A DNA stretch of 64,000 nucleotides from assembly GCA_949289005.1 (NCBI GenBank), contig CASEMQ010000067.1:128365-192364 (forward strand). The letters run 5' to 3'. A program made the position numbers and the translations under genes. Numbering within the stretch: position 1 is the stretch's first letter; each line of letters starts with the position of its first letter. This DNA is from an uncultured Lentisphaeraceae bacterium (lineage in GTDB: Bacteria > Verrucomicrobiota > Kiritimatiellia > RFP12 > DVOR01). The notes beneath the pieces are model-generated. The model worked only from the letters and a program-made list of their open reading frames with translations. It had not been told where the DNA came from and ran no database searches. This document shows positions 9,864 through 20,061 of this stretch, piece after piece.

Positions 9864-9909
9864 AAAAAGGCGCGGGGCGCCCCCGGAAGGAGGCGCCCCG
9901 CGCCTTTTT
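9864..9909. terminator. Bidirectional intrinsic terminator
   Basis: AAAAAGGCGCGGGGCGCC...GGCGCCCCGCGCCTTTTT between convergent sbcC and the transporter. Confidence 0.85.
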
Positions 9910-9937
9910 CATGCCCGCGGCGGAAGGACGCCCGCGC

Positions 9938-11305
9938 TCAGGCAAAGAACTTGACGACAATGCCGGCGATGAAGACGAAGAGGAGGATGGCGGGCAGGAT
10001 ATAAGCCATGTAGAGGCGGAGCGCGTTGGAGAAGCGCAGCCCGCGGCCGGCGTTGGCCTCTTTCAGGAAGTTGTCCCACCCCCAGTAACGGCGGCTGACG
10101 CAGAAGACGAGGATAGCGAGCGAACCGAGCGGAAGGGCGATGTTGGAAACCAGGAAATCCTCCAAGTCCATGATGGAGGTCCCCTCGCCCAAGGGCGTGA
10201 TGCCGGCGAGCAGGTTGAAGCCGAGCGCACAGGGGACGGAGAGCAGGAAGAGGAGCGGCGCGTTGCGCTTGATGGCGCGATGGCGCGTGCACTGCCGGGC
10301 CTCCATCGTCATGGCGATGATGTTCTCGAAGACGGCGATGACGGTGGTGAGCGCCGCCAGCGCCAAGAGCACGAAGAAGGCCGCGCCGATCCACGTGCCG
10401 GCGGGCATCTGCTGGAAGACCTTGGGCAGGGTCATGAAGATGAGCGAGGGGCCTTGGCCGGGGGTGACGCCATAGGCAAAGCACGCCGGGAAGATAATCA
10501 GGCCCGAGAGCAGGGCCACCGTGGTGTCGATGCCGATGATTTTGGCCGACTCGCCGGGCAGCGTATAGCGGCGCGAGGTGTATGAGCCGAAGATGGCCAT
10601 CGAGCCGATGCCCAACGAAAGCGTGAAGAAACTCTGGCCGAGCGCGTCGAAGACGATGTCAAAGAGCGGGCGTTCCTTCAGCGGTTCCAGCGACGGCATA
10701 AGGTAAAAGCGCAACCCGCTTTCCGCGCCCGGGAGCGTCAGCGCATAGACCGCCAAGCCGATCAAAAGCACGAAGAGCGCGGCCATCATCTTCTTGGTGA
10801 TGTCCTCCACGCCCTTCTCCAGCCCCAACGCGCACACGCCAAAGCCGATCAGGCAGACCACCGCCATCCAAAAGAGTTGCGCCGAGGGGTTCCCCACGAA
10901 GGCATCGAAGAAGGCCTTCGGCTCGGAAAAGTCGAACCACCCGCACAGGATGGCCACGGGATAGGCCAGCATCCAGCCCGCCACCGTGGTGTAATACATC
11001 ATCAACAACCAGTTGCCCGCGACCTGCACCCGCGAGATTGCCCGATAGGGCCCCGGCCGCGGCGTGAGCAACGGATAGGCCGTGGCCAGCGACCGCTGCG
11101 CCGCCCGCCCCACCGCAAACTCCGCCACCATCATCGGCAACCCGAACATCAGCAGAAAGACGATGTACATCAGCACGAAGAGCGCACCGCCGCCCTCGCC
11201 GACGATATAGGGGAAACGCCAGACGTTGCCCAGCCCCACGGCGCACCCCGCCGAAACCAAGAGAAATCCCAGGCTCGTCGCCAACGACTCACGCTTCTCG
11301 CTCAT
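9938..11305 (-). CDS. Sodium-dependent transporter, NSS (SNF) family
   Basis: Start MSEKRESLATSLGFLLVSAGCAVGLGNVWRFPY; QSFFTLSLG and GPSLIF motifs; many TM segments. Confidence 0.92.
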   Translation of the reverse strand: MSEKRESLATSLGFLLVSAGCAVGLGNVWRFPYIVGEGGGALFVLMYIVFLLMFGLPMMVAEFAVGRAAQRSLATAYPLLTPRPGPYRAISRVQVAGNWLLMMYYTTVAGWMLAYPVAILCGWFDFSEPKAFFDAFVGNPSAQLFWMAVVCLIGFGVCALGLEKGVEDITKKMMAALFVLLIGLAVYALTLPGAESGLRFYLMPSLEPLKERPLFDIVFDALGQSFFTLSLGIGSMAIFGSYTSRRYTLPGESAKIIGIDTTVALLSGLIIFPACFAYGVTPGQGPSLIFMTLPKVFQQMPAGTWIGAAFFVLLALAALTTVIAVFENIIAMTMEARQCTRHRAIKRNAPLLFLLSVPCALGFNLLAGITPLGEGTSIMDLEDFLVSNIALPLGSLAILVFCVSRRYWGWDNFLKEANAGRGLRFSNALRLYMAYILPAILLFVFIAGIVVKFFA

Positions 11306-11745
11306 GCCAACGTTCCCTTTCGGACCCAAAGCAATTCCCAATCCGCCCCCGCGCCCTCCAACGCCACCGCGTCGCAGGTGCCGAAAACGAGCGGCGCCGC
11401 CGGGCACAACGCCCGCGCCAGTTCGCCGATCGCGCACATATGCCCCACCGCCAAGACGCTCGCCGCGCCGAGCCCCTCCAAGGTTGCCGCCATCCCCGCC
11501 GGCTCGCCGGAGGGCACGAAGTCCCGCGAAACGACCCACTCCGGCGCGCCCGGCAACGCCTCGCAGACGGCGCGCGCCGTCTCCTCCGCCCGCCGATAGC
11601 CACTGGTCACCACCACCTGCGGGCACACCCCGCGCGCCGCCAGGAACGCCCCCAACGCCCGCGCCTGCGCCCACCCTTCCGCCGAGAGGCCCGGATCCGC
11701 CGAGCCGCCCGCGTAATTGCCATGCCGCGCCAAAATCACCTTCAT
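11302..11745 (-). CDS. Histidine phosphatase, SixA-like
   Basis: MKVILARHG, TSGYRRAEETA and LAVGH motifs; 147 aa; ATGA overlap with the transporter. Confidence 0.85.
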   Translation of the reverse strand: MKVILARHGNYAGGSADPGLSAEGWAQARALGAFLAARGVCPQVVVTSGYRRAEETARAVCEALPGAPEWVVSRDFVPSGEPAGMAATLEGLGAASVLAVGHMCAIGELARALCPAAPLVFGTCDAVALEGAGADWELLWVRKGTLA

Positions 11746-11752
11746 GGCACGC

Positions 11753-11761
11753 ATAATACCA
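11753..11761 (-). promoter_or_regulatory. Extended -10 (TGgTATTAT), leaderless
   Basis: 7 nt before ATG 11745; no SD. Confidence 0.55.
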
Positions 11762-11842
11762 TATTCACCCCCTTTCTGCCCCTGCCCAAAGGCCACGGGA
11801 TGTGTTAAACTACGCGCAAACCCACCGAAAGGAACACGTATC

Positions 11843-13306
11843 ATGGGCAAACTGTCATTCGCTTTCGTTTTGGCCTCGTCGCTGACCGCGGCGGCGCAGG
11901 CGGCCATTTCCGGCATCAAGGTGACGCCGACGGGCGTGCCGGCCTTCAAAGGGCGCAAGGACGTGCCCATCGCGCAAGTCACCTTCACCGCCTCGCAGGC
12001 CGCCCAGGCCGAGAAGGTACGCCTGGACATCCGCGGCACCAACCCCTCCGACGTGCTCTGCCTGAGCCTGGGGCAATCGGAGTGCGCGCGCGTGGCCAAC
12101 GACGCGGCAACCTTCACGGTGCCGGTGAAGGCTGGCGAGAACACCTTCCCGCTCTTCGCGCAACTCTCCGACGAGGCCACCGTCAGCGGCTCGCTCTGCA
12201 TCGCGGGCGAACGCATCCGCATCGGCAGCGTGGTGACGCGCCCCGCGCAGGAAATCTCCGACCGCCGCCTGCCCGACGGCCGCCTGCGCGCCTCCAAGAA
12301 CTTCCGCATCCCCGGCATCGTCAAGACCCCGAAGGGCAACCTCGTGGCCGTCTTCGACATCCGCTACAAGCACGCGGGCGACCTCCCGGCCGACATCACG
12401 GTGGGCGCCTCCACCTCCGCCGACGGCGGCAACACCTGGAGCCCCATCGTCACCGCGATGGATTACGCCGGCACCCCCGGCACCAAGCAAGGCATCGGCG
12501 ACCCGGCCATCCTCGTGGACCCCTCCAACAACCGCCTTTGGATCATGGCCATGCGCACGCCCGACTCCGGCCACCCTATCTGGAGTTCCTCCGCCGGCAC
12601 CACCGGCCACGAAACCTGCGCCCAGCTCTACGTCGCCTACTCCGACGACGAGGGCAAGACTTGGTCGAAACCGCGCAACATCACCGCCGAACTCAAGAAC
12701 CCCGGCCACCCCGAGGCCGCCAAATGGGGCATCCTCTTCGACGGGCCCGGCGCCGGCATCGTGCTGAAAAACGGCACACTCGTCTTCCCCGGCCAAGCCT
12801 GGGGCGACAAGGGCAAAGCCCCCCGCCACGGCACGCTCATCTACTCCAAGGACCACGGCAAAACCTGGCAAGTCTCCAACGGCATGCCCTTCGGCGGCTC
12901 CGAGTCCACCGTCGTCCAATTGGCCGATGGCTCCATCCTCCTGAACACCCGCGAGGGCACCCCCGGCCGGCGCACCACCGCCCGCACCACCGACTTGGGC
13001 CAAACCTGGCAAAAGCTCGAGACCTCTCCCTTGATCCAGCCCGGCACCTGCCAGGCCGCGATGGTGCGCGTGGGCAACACCCTCGTCTTCTCCAACCCCA
13101 ACTCCGCCAAAGGCCGCAACACCATGTCGCTCCGCGTCTCGAAAGACAACGGCAAGACTTGGTCCAAGGGGCTCGTCTACGACCCGCGCAACTGCGCGGG
13201 CTACTCCTCGCTCTGCGACTTGGGCGACGGCGCCGTGGGCGTGCTCTACGAAGGCAACTCCGATTATCTCTACTTCCTGCGCGTCCCCGTCAAGGACATC
13301 CCTTGA
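11843..13306 (+). CDS. Exo-alpha-sialidase (GH33)
   Basis: Signal peptide, FRIP motif, Asp-boxes (SADGGNTW, SDDEGKTW, SKDHGKTW, SKDNGKTW), GYSSL; AAGGA RBS. Confidence 0.92.
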   Translation: MGKLSFAFVLASSLTAAAQAAISGIKVTPTGVPAFKGRKDVPIAQVTFTASQAAQAEKVRLDIRGTNPSDVLCLSLGQSECARVANDAATFTVPVKAGENTFPLFAQLSDEATVSGSLCIAGERIRIGSVVTRPAQEISDRRLPDGRLRASKNFRIPGIVKTPKGNLVAVFDIRYKHAGDLPADITVGASTSADGGNTWSPIVTAMDYAGTPGTKQGIGDPAILVDPSNNRLWIMAMRTPDSGHPIWSSSAGTTGHETCAQLYVAYSDDEGKTWSKPRNITAELKNPGHPEAAKWGILFDGPGAGIVLKNGTLVFPGQAWGDKGKAPRHGTLIYSKDHGKTWQVSNGMPFGGSESTVVQLADGSILLNTREGTPGRRTTARTTDLGQTWQKLETSPLIQPGTCQAAMVRVGNTLVFSNPNSAKGRNTMSLRVSKDNGKTWSKGLVYDPRNCAGYSSLCDLGDGAVGVLYEGNSDYLYFLRVPVKDIP

Positions 13307-13902
13307 ACCCCGAGACCCCCGCGCGCGACTGCCCCTTCACCGCCCTGGACTTTGAGACGACCGGGGTGGTGCGGGGCTATCGAAGCCTCCCCTGGCAGGT
13401 CGGCGCCATCAGCCTGCGCGGCGGGAAGGTCGCGCCGGACGCCCCGCGCGTGGACACGCTCCTGCGCGTGCCGGCGGGGCACCCTTTCTCGCGCCACGCG
13501 CCGGGCGACCACCGCGCACGGCGCGATGCCATCGCGGCCGCGCCCGAGGCGTTGACCGTCTGGGCCGGGACGCTCCACCCCCTGCTCGCCGCCACCGTCC
13601 CCGTGGCGCACAATATCGCCGCCGAACGCACCACCCTCGCCCGTTTGGCGCCCATGACCGAGTATCCCTTCTGGGTGGACACCCTGCGCCTGGCGCGCCA
13701 GGCCTGGCCCGGGTTGCCCAGCCACGCGCTCGAGGATCTCGCCCCCGCGCTCGGCCTGGGGCCGCGCCTGCGCGCCCTCGCCCCCGGCCGCGCCCCGCAC
13801 GATGCCTTCTACGACGCGGTGGCCTGCGCGCTCCTGCTGGAATATCTCCTTGCGCTCCCGGGGTGGGACGCCCTCACCCTCGCCGACCTCGCCACGCCAT
13901 GA
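13303..13902 (+). CDS. DEDDh 3'-5' exonuclease (DnaQ-like)
   Basis: TTG start overlapping the sialidase stop; ALDFETTG, VAHN, VDTLRLAR and HDAFYDA motifs. Confidence 0.85.
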   Translation: MNPETPARDCPFTALDFETTGVVRGYRSLPWQVGAISLRGGKVAPDAPRVDTLLRVPAGHPFSRHAPGDHRARRDAIAAAPEALTVWAGTLHPLLAATVPVAHNIAAERTTLARLAPMTEYPFWVDTLRLARQAWPGLPSHALEDLAPALGLGPRLRALAPGRAPHDAFYDAVACALLLEYLLALPGWDALTLADLATP

Positions 13903-14549
13903 ACGTCCCCGCCCGCCCATTCCTCCGCATAATCGCCGCGACGATCGGCGTCGCCGTCGCCCTCGTTTTTTGCGCCGCCAACACCGCGCCGGCGACGGGC
14001 GCCGTGCCGCCGCCGAACGCCCTGCTTCGCCAGTTGCTCGTGGGGCAGGCCCTCTCCGCGGCGCTCTTTGCGCCGCCCGTGGCGTTCTGGTGCCTCGCCG
14101 AGGGGTGGACGCGCCTGCGCGAACGGTGGTTCGCCTGGCCCAAGGGTTGGGGCGCGCGCCGCGTTTTGGGGCTCTTCGCGCTCGCGTTGGCGGGAAGTTA
14201 CGCCCTGGCCGAGGGAGTCACCGTCGGCGACGAACAGGAGGCGGTCGGGTTGCTGGCCACCCTTCGCCCCGGGCAACTCCTCCTCTTCGCGCCCTTCCTC
14301 TGCGTGCTCACGCCGCTGGCGGAGGAATGTCTCTTTCGCGGGGTGCTGCAAAGCGCCGCCCGCCCCGCGTGGGCGTTGCCGATTTCGGCGATTTGCTTCG
14401 GTCTCGCCCATGGGGCCAACGCCTTCGCCCTGCCGCTGACGTTGCTGGGCTGGGTGCTCGGATGGGTCACGCAAGCCTCGCGCTCCCTGCTCCCGGCCAT
14501 CGTCATCCACGGCCTTTTCAATCTCCTCACCCTGCTCGCGCTCTTCTGA
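13899..14549 (+). CDS. CPBP/CAAX-type intramembrane metalloprotease
   Basis: PLAEECLFRG, FGLAH and IVIHGLFN motifs; hydrophobic. Confidence 0.88.
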   Translation: MNVPARPFLRIIAATIGVAVALVFCAANTAPATGAVPPPNALLRQLLVGQALSAALFAPPVAFWCLAEGWTRLRERWFAWPKGWGARRVLGLFALALAGSYALAEGVTVGDEQEAVGLLATLRPGQLLLFAPFLCVLTPLAEECLFRGVLQSAARPAWALPISAICFGLAHGANAFALPLTLLGWVLGWVTQASRSLLPAIVIHGLFNLLTLLALF

Positions 14550-14562
14550 AAGGAACCCGGCC

Positions 14563-15603
14563 ATGACGCACAAACGGCCGTTTGGCCTCACCCGCCCACG
14601 GCGCCTCGCCGCCGCCCTGCTCCTCTGCGCGTTGCCCCTGGCGCTCGGGTGCGCCGCGCGCGCCCTGCCCTTCTCCGAGGAATCCGCCGCTCTCGTCGCC
14701 TACTACGAGCCCCGCCGCGCCGCCGACCAAGCGCACGTGGACGCGCTCGCCGCCGCCCGGGCGGGCGATTTGGCCGCCGTCGAAAGATGGCGCGCGGGCA
14801 TTGCCGAGGCTGCCCCCGCCGTCGAGGATTTCAACGCCGCGCACGCCGGCAAGGTCACCTTGCGCGTCCGGGGTCCCTGGGCCGTCTACGCCCCCGCCGA
14901 AGGTGAGCCGCGCGCCTCCTTCCTCTACCTGCACGGCGGCGGATGGGTCGTCGGCTCCGCGCGCATGAACGAGCCCTTCCTCGCCGCCCTCGCCGAGCGC
15001 GCGCAAATCGCCGTCTGGTCGCTCGATTATCCCCTCGCGCCCGAGTGCCCCTTCCCTGCCGCCCCCGATGCCTGCGTCCAAGCCGTGAAGGAGCTGCGCC
15101 GCCGCTTCCCCGACCGTCCCCTCTTTGTCGGCGGCGATTCCGCGGGCGGCACGTTGGCCCTCGTGGCGGGGCTGGCCGCGCCCAAATCCGTCGATGGCCT
15201 GGTGCTCTACTATCCCGCCCTTGGCCCCGGCGCCGAGCAAACCCCCGAATGGGCCGCCTACCGCGACGTCATCCTCCTCACCGACAACCTCATGAACGCC
15301 TTCACGGCCACCTACGTGGACGACGTCACCTTCCGCACCAACCCGCAGGCATCGCCCAACCTTGCCGACGACGCCTCCCTGCGCGCCCTCCCGCCCATCC
15401 TCACCGTGGCCGCCGACTGCGACCTCTTGGCCGGTCTCTCGCGCCGCTTCCACGCCCGCCTCCAAAAACTCGGCCGCGGTCAGGACGAACGTATCGTCGT
15501 CCCCGGTTCCCTCCACGGCTTTCTCTCCTTCCCCACCCTGCCCCAATCGCAACGGCAGGCGCTCGACCTCACCCTCCGCTGGCTCGATGCCCGCCTCAAG
15601 TGA
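14563..15603 (+). CDS. Alpha/beta hydrolase (HSL-family esterase), exported
   Basis: HGGGW, GDSAGG and HGF motifs; signal/lipobox-like ALGC. Confidence 0.88.
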   Translation: MTHKRPFGLTRPRRLAAALLLCALPLALGCAARALPFSEESAALVAYYEPRRAADQAHVDALAAARAGDLAAVERWRAGIAEAAPAVEDFNAAHAGKVTLRVRGPWAVYAPAEGEPRASFLYLHGGGWVVGSARMNEPFLAALAERAQIAVWSLDYPLAPECPFPAAPDACVQAVKELRRRFPDRPLFVGGDSAGGTLALVAGLAAPKSVDGLVLYYPALGPGAEQTPEWAAYRDVILLTDNLMNAFTATYVDDVTFRTNPQASPNLADDASLRALPPILTVAADCDLLAGLSRRFHARLQKLGRGQDERIVVPGSLHGFLSFPTLPQSQRQALDLTLRWLDARLK

Positions 15604-15715
15604 AGACGGCGGCTTCCCTTCGGCCGGTCGCCGTGCCTTGCCGAGACATCGCCTGCCTTGTTGAAAAGTCGCACGGGATTGCCGATGACTTCCCGCCGGC
15701 CCCGTTTTGGGTTGC

Positions 15716-15869
15716 GGCGCGCCTCGGGACGCGAGACGGCGTGTCTCAACCCGAGGTACGGCGCATCCCGAAAAATGACCCCGCTCCCTGATTGAAAAAG
15801 CGGATTTGCACCTCCTCCGCCCCGCTCGCCTTCAACAGGTTTTCAACAGATTTGCAAAAGTTATCGACA
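15716..15869 (-). repeat. Dispersed intergenic element, copy 2 (inverted)
   Basis: Reverse complement: TGTCGATAACTTTTGCAAATCTGTTGAAAACCTGTTGAA-N34-TTCAATCAGGGAGCGGGGTCATTTTTCGGGATGCGCCGTACCTCGGGTTGAGACACG. Confidence 0.9.
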
Positions 15870-15938
15870 GGCGTCTTCCCGGCCGGGAAGGCGCCCGGAA
15901 ATGTCCGCTTGAAGGCGCGGGGACGCGACCGGGCAACG

Positions 15939-16676
15939 TCAGCGGGAGTTGCCCGATGCGGCCGCAAGCATTTCCCGGAGGGTGACGGCGCCGTCGTAGA
16001 GAGCCTTGCCGACGATGGCGCCCCAGAGGTTGGGGCGGCCAAGGGCGCGAAGGGCGGCAACGTGCGCGGGGGCGGAGACGCCGCCGCTGGCGGTGACGCG
16101 GACGCCGGGGACGGCATCGGCCAATTCGGCAAGGGCGTCAAGGTTGGGGCCGCCGAGCATGCCGTCGGTGGCGGTGTCGGTGTAGATGATGGCGCGGACG
16201 CCAAGGTCGGCCACGCGTTTGGCGAGGTCGGTGGCGCGGACGGTGGAGGTCTCGACCCAGCCCTTGGTCTGGACGAAGCCGCCGCGCGCGTCGATGCCCA
16301 CGGCGATGTGTTCGCCCCAGCGTTTGACCCAGCGGGCGAGCGTCGCGGTGTCTTCCAGCGCTCGGGTGCCGATGATGGCGCGGGCGACGCCGGCGGCGAG
16401 GAGCGCCTCGATGGCCGCGTCGTCGCGGAGGCCGCCGCCCACCTCCACGGTCAGGCCGCTCCCGGCGGCGATTTGGGCGATGAGGGCGGCGTGCTTGGGC
16501 GCGCCGGCGAAGGCGCCGTCAAGATCCACCACGTGCAACTGGGTGGCGCCGGCCGCGCGGAAGGCCTTGGCTTGGGCGACGGGGTCGGCGTTGTAGACGG
16601 TGCACTGGTCGGCGCGGCCTTGGCGCAGGCGCACGCAACGGCCGCCCATCAAGTCGATCGCGGGGAGAATTTCCAT
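15939..16676 (-). CDS. hisA: ProFAR isomerase
   Basis: ILPAIDLMGGRCVRLRQG, HVVDLDGA, YTDTATDGML and GAIVGKALY motifs. Confidence 0.96.
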   Translation of the reverse strand: MEILPAIDLMGGRCVRLRQGRADQCTVYNADPVAQAKAFRAAGATQLHVVDLDGAFAGAPKHAALIAQIAAGSGLTVEVGGGLRDDAAIEALLAAGVARAIIGTRALEDTATLARWVKRWGEHIAVGIDARGGFVQTKGWVETSTVRATDLAKRVADLGVRAIIYTDTATDGMLGGPNLDALAELADAVPGVRVTASGGVSAPAHVAALRALGRPNLWGAIVGKALYDGAVTLREMLAAASGNSR

Positions 16677-17260
16677 CAGAGCACCCCTTTGCTGGAGGGG
16701 ATCCCGTGATCGCGCGGGTCTGGCTCGACGGCCATGCGCATGGCGCGGGCGAGCCCCTTGAAGACGGCCTCGTAGGCGTGGTGGACCTCCGCGCCGTAGG
16801 GCTGGACGACGTGAAGGTTCATGCGAGCGTTCACGCAGAGCGCGCGCATGAACTCCTCAAGCAACTGCACGTTGAAGTCGCGAATGAGGCGCTCGGGGTG
16901 CGCGATTTTCCAGACGAGGAAGGGGCGGCCGCCCAAATCGACGGCGACGTCGGCGCGCGCGTCGTCCATCGGCAGCATGAAAAAGCCGTAACGGCGGATG
17001 CCGCGGCGGTCGCCAAGCGCTTGGTCGAGCGCCGTGCCGAGCGCGAGGCCGACGTCTTCCACGGTGTGGTGGTAATCCACGCGCAGATCGCCCACGCAGC
17101 GGAGATCCAGGTCGATGAGGGCGTGGCGCGAGAAGAGTTCGAGCATGTGGTCGAAGAAACCGATGCCGGTGTCGATGGAATAGGCGCCGGTACCGTCGAG
17201 GTTGAGGCGCAGGGCGATATCGGTCTCGCGGGTCTTGCGGTTGAGGGTGGCAATGCGCAT
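16676..17260 (-). CDS. hisB: Imidazoleglycerol-phosphate dehydratase
   Basis: RKTRETDI, TGIGFFDHML, HHTVED and IPSSKGVL; start MRIATL with AAGGA RBS. Confidence 0.96.
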   Translation of the reverse strand: MRIATLNRKTRETDIALRLNLDGTGAYSIDTGIGFFDHMLELFSRHALIDLDLRCVGDLRVDYHHTVEDVGLALGTALDQALGDRRGIRRYGFFMLPMDDARADVAVDLGGRPFLVWKIAHPERLIRDFNVQLLEEFMRALCVNARMNLHVVQPYGAEVHHAYEAVFKGLARAMRMAVEPDPRDHGIPSSKGVL

Positions 17261-17284
17261 GGCGTTCCTTTGCGGGGAGGACAA

Positions 17285-18334
17285 TCAAGGGATGAGGGCG
17301 TCGAGCGTGGCAAGCAGGCGATCGGCCTCGGGGTCGGAGCCCACGGTGATGCGCAACCACTCGGCCGTGACGGGCGCGGGGAAGTAGCGGACGTAGACGT
17401 GGCGGTCGCGCAAGGCCGCGAAAAGGTCGGCGGCGCGCGTGGGCGCCGGCGGCTTGGCGAAGAGGAAGTTGCTGGCCGAGGGCAACACGTGCCACCCGCG
17501 GCGTTCAAGCGCGGCGGTGAGGCGCGCGCGCGTGGCCTGGATTTTGGCGACGTTGGCGCGCATATACGGCAAATCGGAGAGGGCTGCCGCGCCGATAAGC
17601 TGGGCCAAGGCATCCATGTTGTAGGAATCCTTGATCTTGTAGAGGGCGGCAATGAGCGGCTCGGGGCCCACGCAGTAACCAAAACGCAGGCCGGCGAGCG
17701 AGAAACTCTTGGAGAGCGTGCGCATGACCAAGAGATTGTCGTTGCCCGGCGCGGAGGCCAGGGCCATGCAGTCGGCGGGCGCAAAGTCGGCGTACGCCTC
17801 GTCCACCAACAAAATGCCGGCGTAGGTCTTGGCAAAGGCGGCGATTTGCCCGGGCTCGGCCAGAAGGGAGGTCGGGGCGTTCGGGTTTGTCCAGACGAAG
17901 ACGTCCGAGAAGTCCGCCGGCGGCGTCGGGCAGGTGAAGTCCGCGTTCAGCGGCAGGGGCTTGCCCCGCGCGTCACGGATGGCCGCCAACACCGAGTAGA
18001 GCGAATAGGTCGGGTCAAAATAGCCGATGGTGCCGCCGACCTCCACGAAGGCGCGCGTGAAGAGCGCCAAAATCTCGTCCGAACCGTTCCCGACGAAGAT
18101 TTGACCCTCGCGGCACCCCACGTTCGCCGCGATGACTTTGCGCACTTGCGTGAAGACCGGGTCCGGGTAAAGGCGCAGCATGCGCCAATCGAAACGCGCC
18201 AACGCCTCGCCCACCTTCGGCGAAGGCGGATAAGGATTTTCGTTCGTGTTCAGCTTCACCATCCCCGGAAAGTGCGGTTGCTCCCCGGGCACGTAGCCCT
18301 CCAGGGCCTCGACATGCTTGCAAATCCTGCTCAT
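17285..18334 (-). CDS. hisC: Histidinol-phosphate aminotransferase
   Basis: YVPGEQ, KLNTNENPYPPSP, GNGSDEIL, DEAY and RTLSKSFSLAGLRFG. Confidence 0.95.
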   Translation of the reverse strand: MSRICKHVEALEGYVPGEQPHFPGMVKLNTNENPYPPSPKVGEALARFDWRMLRLYPDPVFTQVRKVIAANVGCREGQIFVGNGSDEILALFTRAFVEVGGTIGYFDPTYSLYSVLAAIRDARGKPLPLNADFTCPTPPADFSDVFVWTNPNAPTSLLAEPGQIAAFAKTYAGILLVDEAYADFAPADCMALASAPGNDNLLVMRTLSKSFSLAGLRFGYCVGPEPLIAALYKIKDSYNMDALAQLIGAAALSDLPYMRANVAKIQATRARLTAALERRGWHVLPSASNFLFAKPPAPTRAADLFAALRDRHVYVRYFPAPVTAEWLRITVGSDPEADRLLATLDALIP

Positions 18335-18342
18335 GGCGCAAA

Positions 18343-18351
18343 AGTATACCA
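18343..18351 (-). promoter_or_regulatory. Extended -10 (TGgTATACT) of hisC, leaderless or near-leaderless
   Basis: 8 nt before ATG 18334. Confidence 0.55.
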
Positions 18352-18527
18352 CAGCCACGCACCCCGCGCAGAAACCGCCAAGCCCGCCCGCCAATGTCTG
18401 GGGGAAATGTGGGCCAACCGGAAGCGCGGGCAAGGGACACCACGGTCCCCAAATCCGCGGCGAGACGGGCGGGGCGGGTTTTTGCTATTGTATGGGGCAC
18501 GTTGTCCGTTGAACCGAGAGGAAATCG

Positions 18528-20033
18528 ATGCCACCCAGGAAGCGCCGCACCATCCAAGAGAGCTTGCCTTTGGCCGACATGGCCGGGGAGGCGCCGTTGC
18601 GCCGCGAGTTGCCGCAGGATCTCGAGGCGGAGCGTGGGCTGTTGGGAGCGTTGCTGCTGGACCCGGAGCGCGTGCTGGATTTGTGCACGGAGAAGGGCGT
18701 GGTGGCGGAGGCGTTCGTGGAGCCCGGGCATCGCGCGCTGTACGCGGCGATCGCGCGCCTGGCCGCGAAAGGGCAGCCGGTGGACGGAATCACGGTGGCG
18801 AATTACCTGCAAGGCGTGGGGGAATTGGAGACGGTGGGCGGGATGCGGGCGTTGACGGCGCTGATGGAGCGGACGCCGACGAGCGCGCACGCGGGGTACT
18901 ACGCGACGTTGGTGATGGAGCAGTTTCTGCGGCGGTGCATTCTGGGGGCGGTGCGCGAGGTGGAAGAGAATGTGTACGATGCCTCGCAATCGGCCGATTA
19001 TGTGCTGGGCATCGCGGAGCAGACGATTTTGGGCATCGGGGAAGGGCGCGCGAAAGCGGGCTCGGCTGTGGACTGGAAGACGTCGGTGGGGGAGACGCTG
19101 TCGATGCTGACGCGGCAACTGGAGCACCCGGGGGAACTCTCGGGGATACCGACGGGCTTCAAGGCGTTGGACGCGCAGTTGCGCGGGTTGCACCGGGGGG
19201 AGATGATCGTGTTGGCGGCGCGCCCCTCGATGGGCAAGACATCGCTGGCGATGAACATCGCCGAGTGCGTGGCGCGCGGGCGCGACATCATGGGCATCCC
19301 GTTCAAGACGCCGGATGGGCAGGTGCGGAAGCGGACGGTGCTGGTCTTTTCGCTGGAAATGCCGCAGATGCAGCTGACCACGCGTATGCTGTGCGGCATC
19401 GCGGGGGTGTCGGCGCGCGAGGTGGAGTGCGGGCAGTTCATCAAGAAGGACGTGGTGTTGCCCCTGTTGCGATCGGCCGCCAAGGAGTTGGCGGAGACGC
19501 CGATTCTGTGCGACGACCAGGGCGGGCTGGACGTGATGGAGCTGCGGGCGCGGGCGCGCCACACGCACAAGCGCAACCCTGTGGATTTGATCGTGATCGA
19601 CTACTTGCAGTTGCTCTCGTACCGCGAGTTCGCCCAGCAGGGCCAGCAGGTGATGGTGGCAAAGATTTCCGGCGAGATCAAAGCGATGGCCAAAGAACTG
19701 AACGTGCCGGTGATCGTGCTTTCGCAACTCTCGCGCAACCCGGAGCAACGCGGCGGCGACGAGAAGCCCAAGAACTCCGATTTGCGCGACTCGGGCGCCA
19801 TCGAGCAGGACGCGGACGTGATTTTGCTGTTGCGCCGGCCGAGTTTCATGGGGAGCAAGGTGCCGGAGCACGACGACCGGTTGCTGGCCATCGTGGACGT
19901 CTCGAAAAACCGCAACGGCGCCACGGGCGAGGTGCGGCTGAACTTCGACGGCGCCACCACGCGTTTCAAGGACCGCGTGGAGACGAACCCGGATCAGATG
20001 GGCGGCGACATGGAGCCGGTGGACGCGCCGTGA
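18528..20033 (+). CDS. dnaB: Replicative DNA helicase
   Basis: PQDLEAERGLLG, AARPSMGKT, IVIDYLQL, LSQLSR, DLRDSGAIEQDAD and KNRNG. Confidence 0.97.
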   Translation: MPPRKRRTIQESLPLADMAGEAPLRRELPQDLEAERGLLGALLLDPERVLDLCTEKGVVAEAFVEPGHRALYAAIARLAAKGQPVDGITVANYLQGVGELETVGGMRALTALMERTPTSAHAGYYATLVMEQFLRRCILGAVREVEENVYDASQSADYVLGIAEQTILGIGEGRAKAGSAVDWKTSVGETLSMLTRQLEHPGELSGIPTGFKALDAQLRGLHRGEMIVLAARPSMGKTSLAMNIAECVARGRDIMGIPFKTPDGQVRKRTVLVFSLEMPQMQLTTRMLCGIAGVSAREVECGQFIKKDVVLPLLRSAAKELAETPILCDDQGGLDVMELRARARHTHKRNPVDLIVIDYLQLLSYREFAQQGQQVMVAKISGEIKAMAKELNVPVIVLSQLSRNPEQRGGDEKPKNSDLRDSGAIEQDADVILLLRRPSFMGSKVPEHDDRLLAIVDVSKNRNGATGEVRLNFDGATTRFKDRVETNPDQMGGDMEPVDAP

Positions 20034-20061
20034 CCGCTTTTCAGGGAATGGGAGTAAATCA

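Noticed and set aside
15659..15667. Extra isolated TGTTGAAAA box near copy 2
   Set aside because: A single 9-mer cannot be told from chance.
15770..15840. CRISPR-like look of the element (…CCCTGATTGAAA followed by a 34-36 nt 'spacer')
   Set aside because: No tandem repeat-spacer array, the linkers are homologous between copies, and there are no cas genes.
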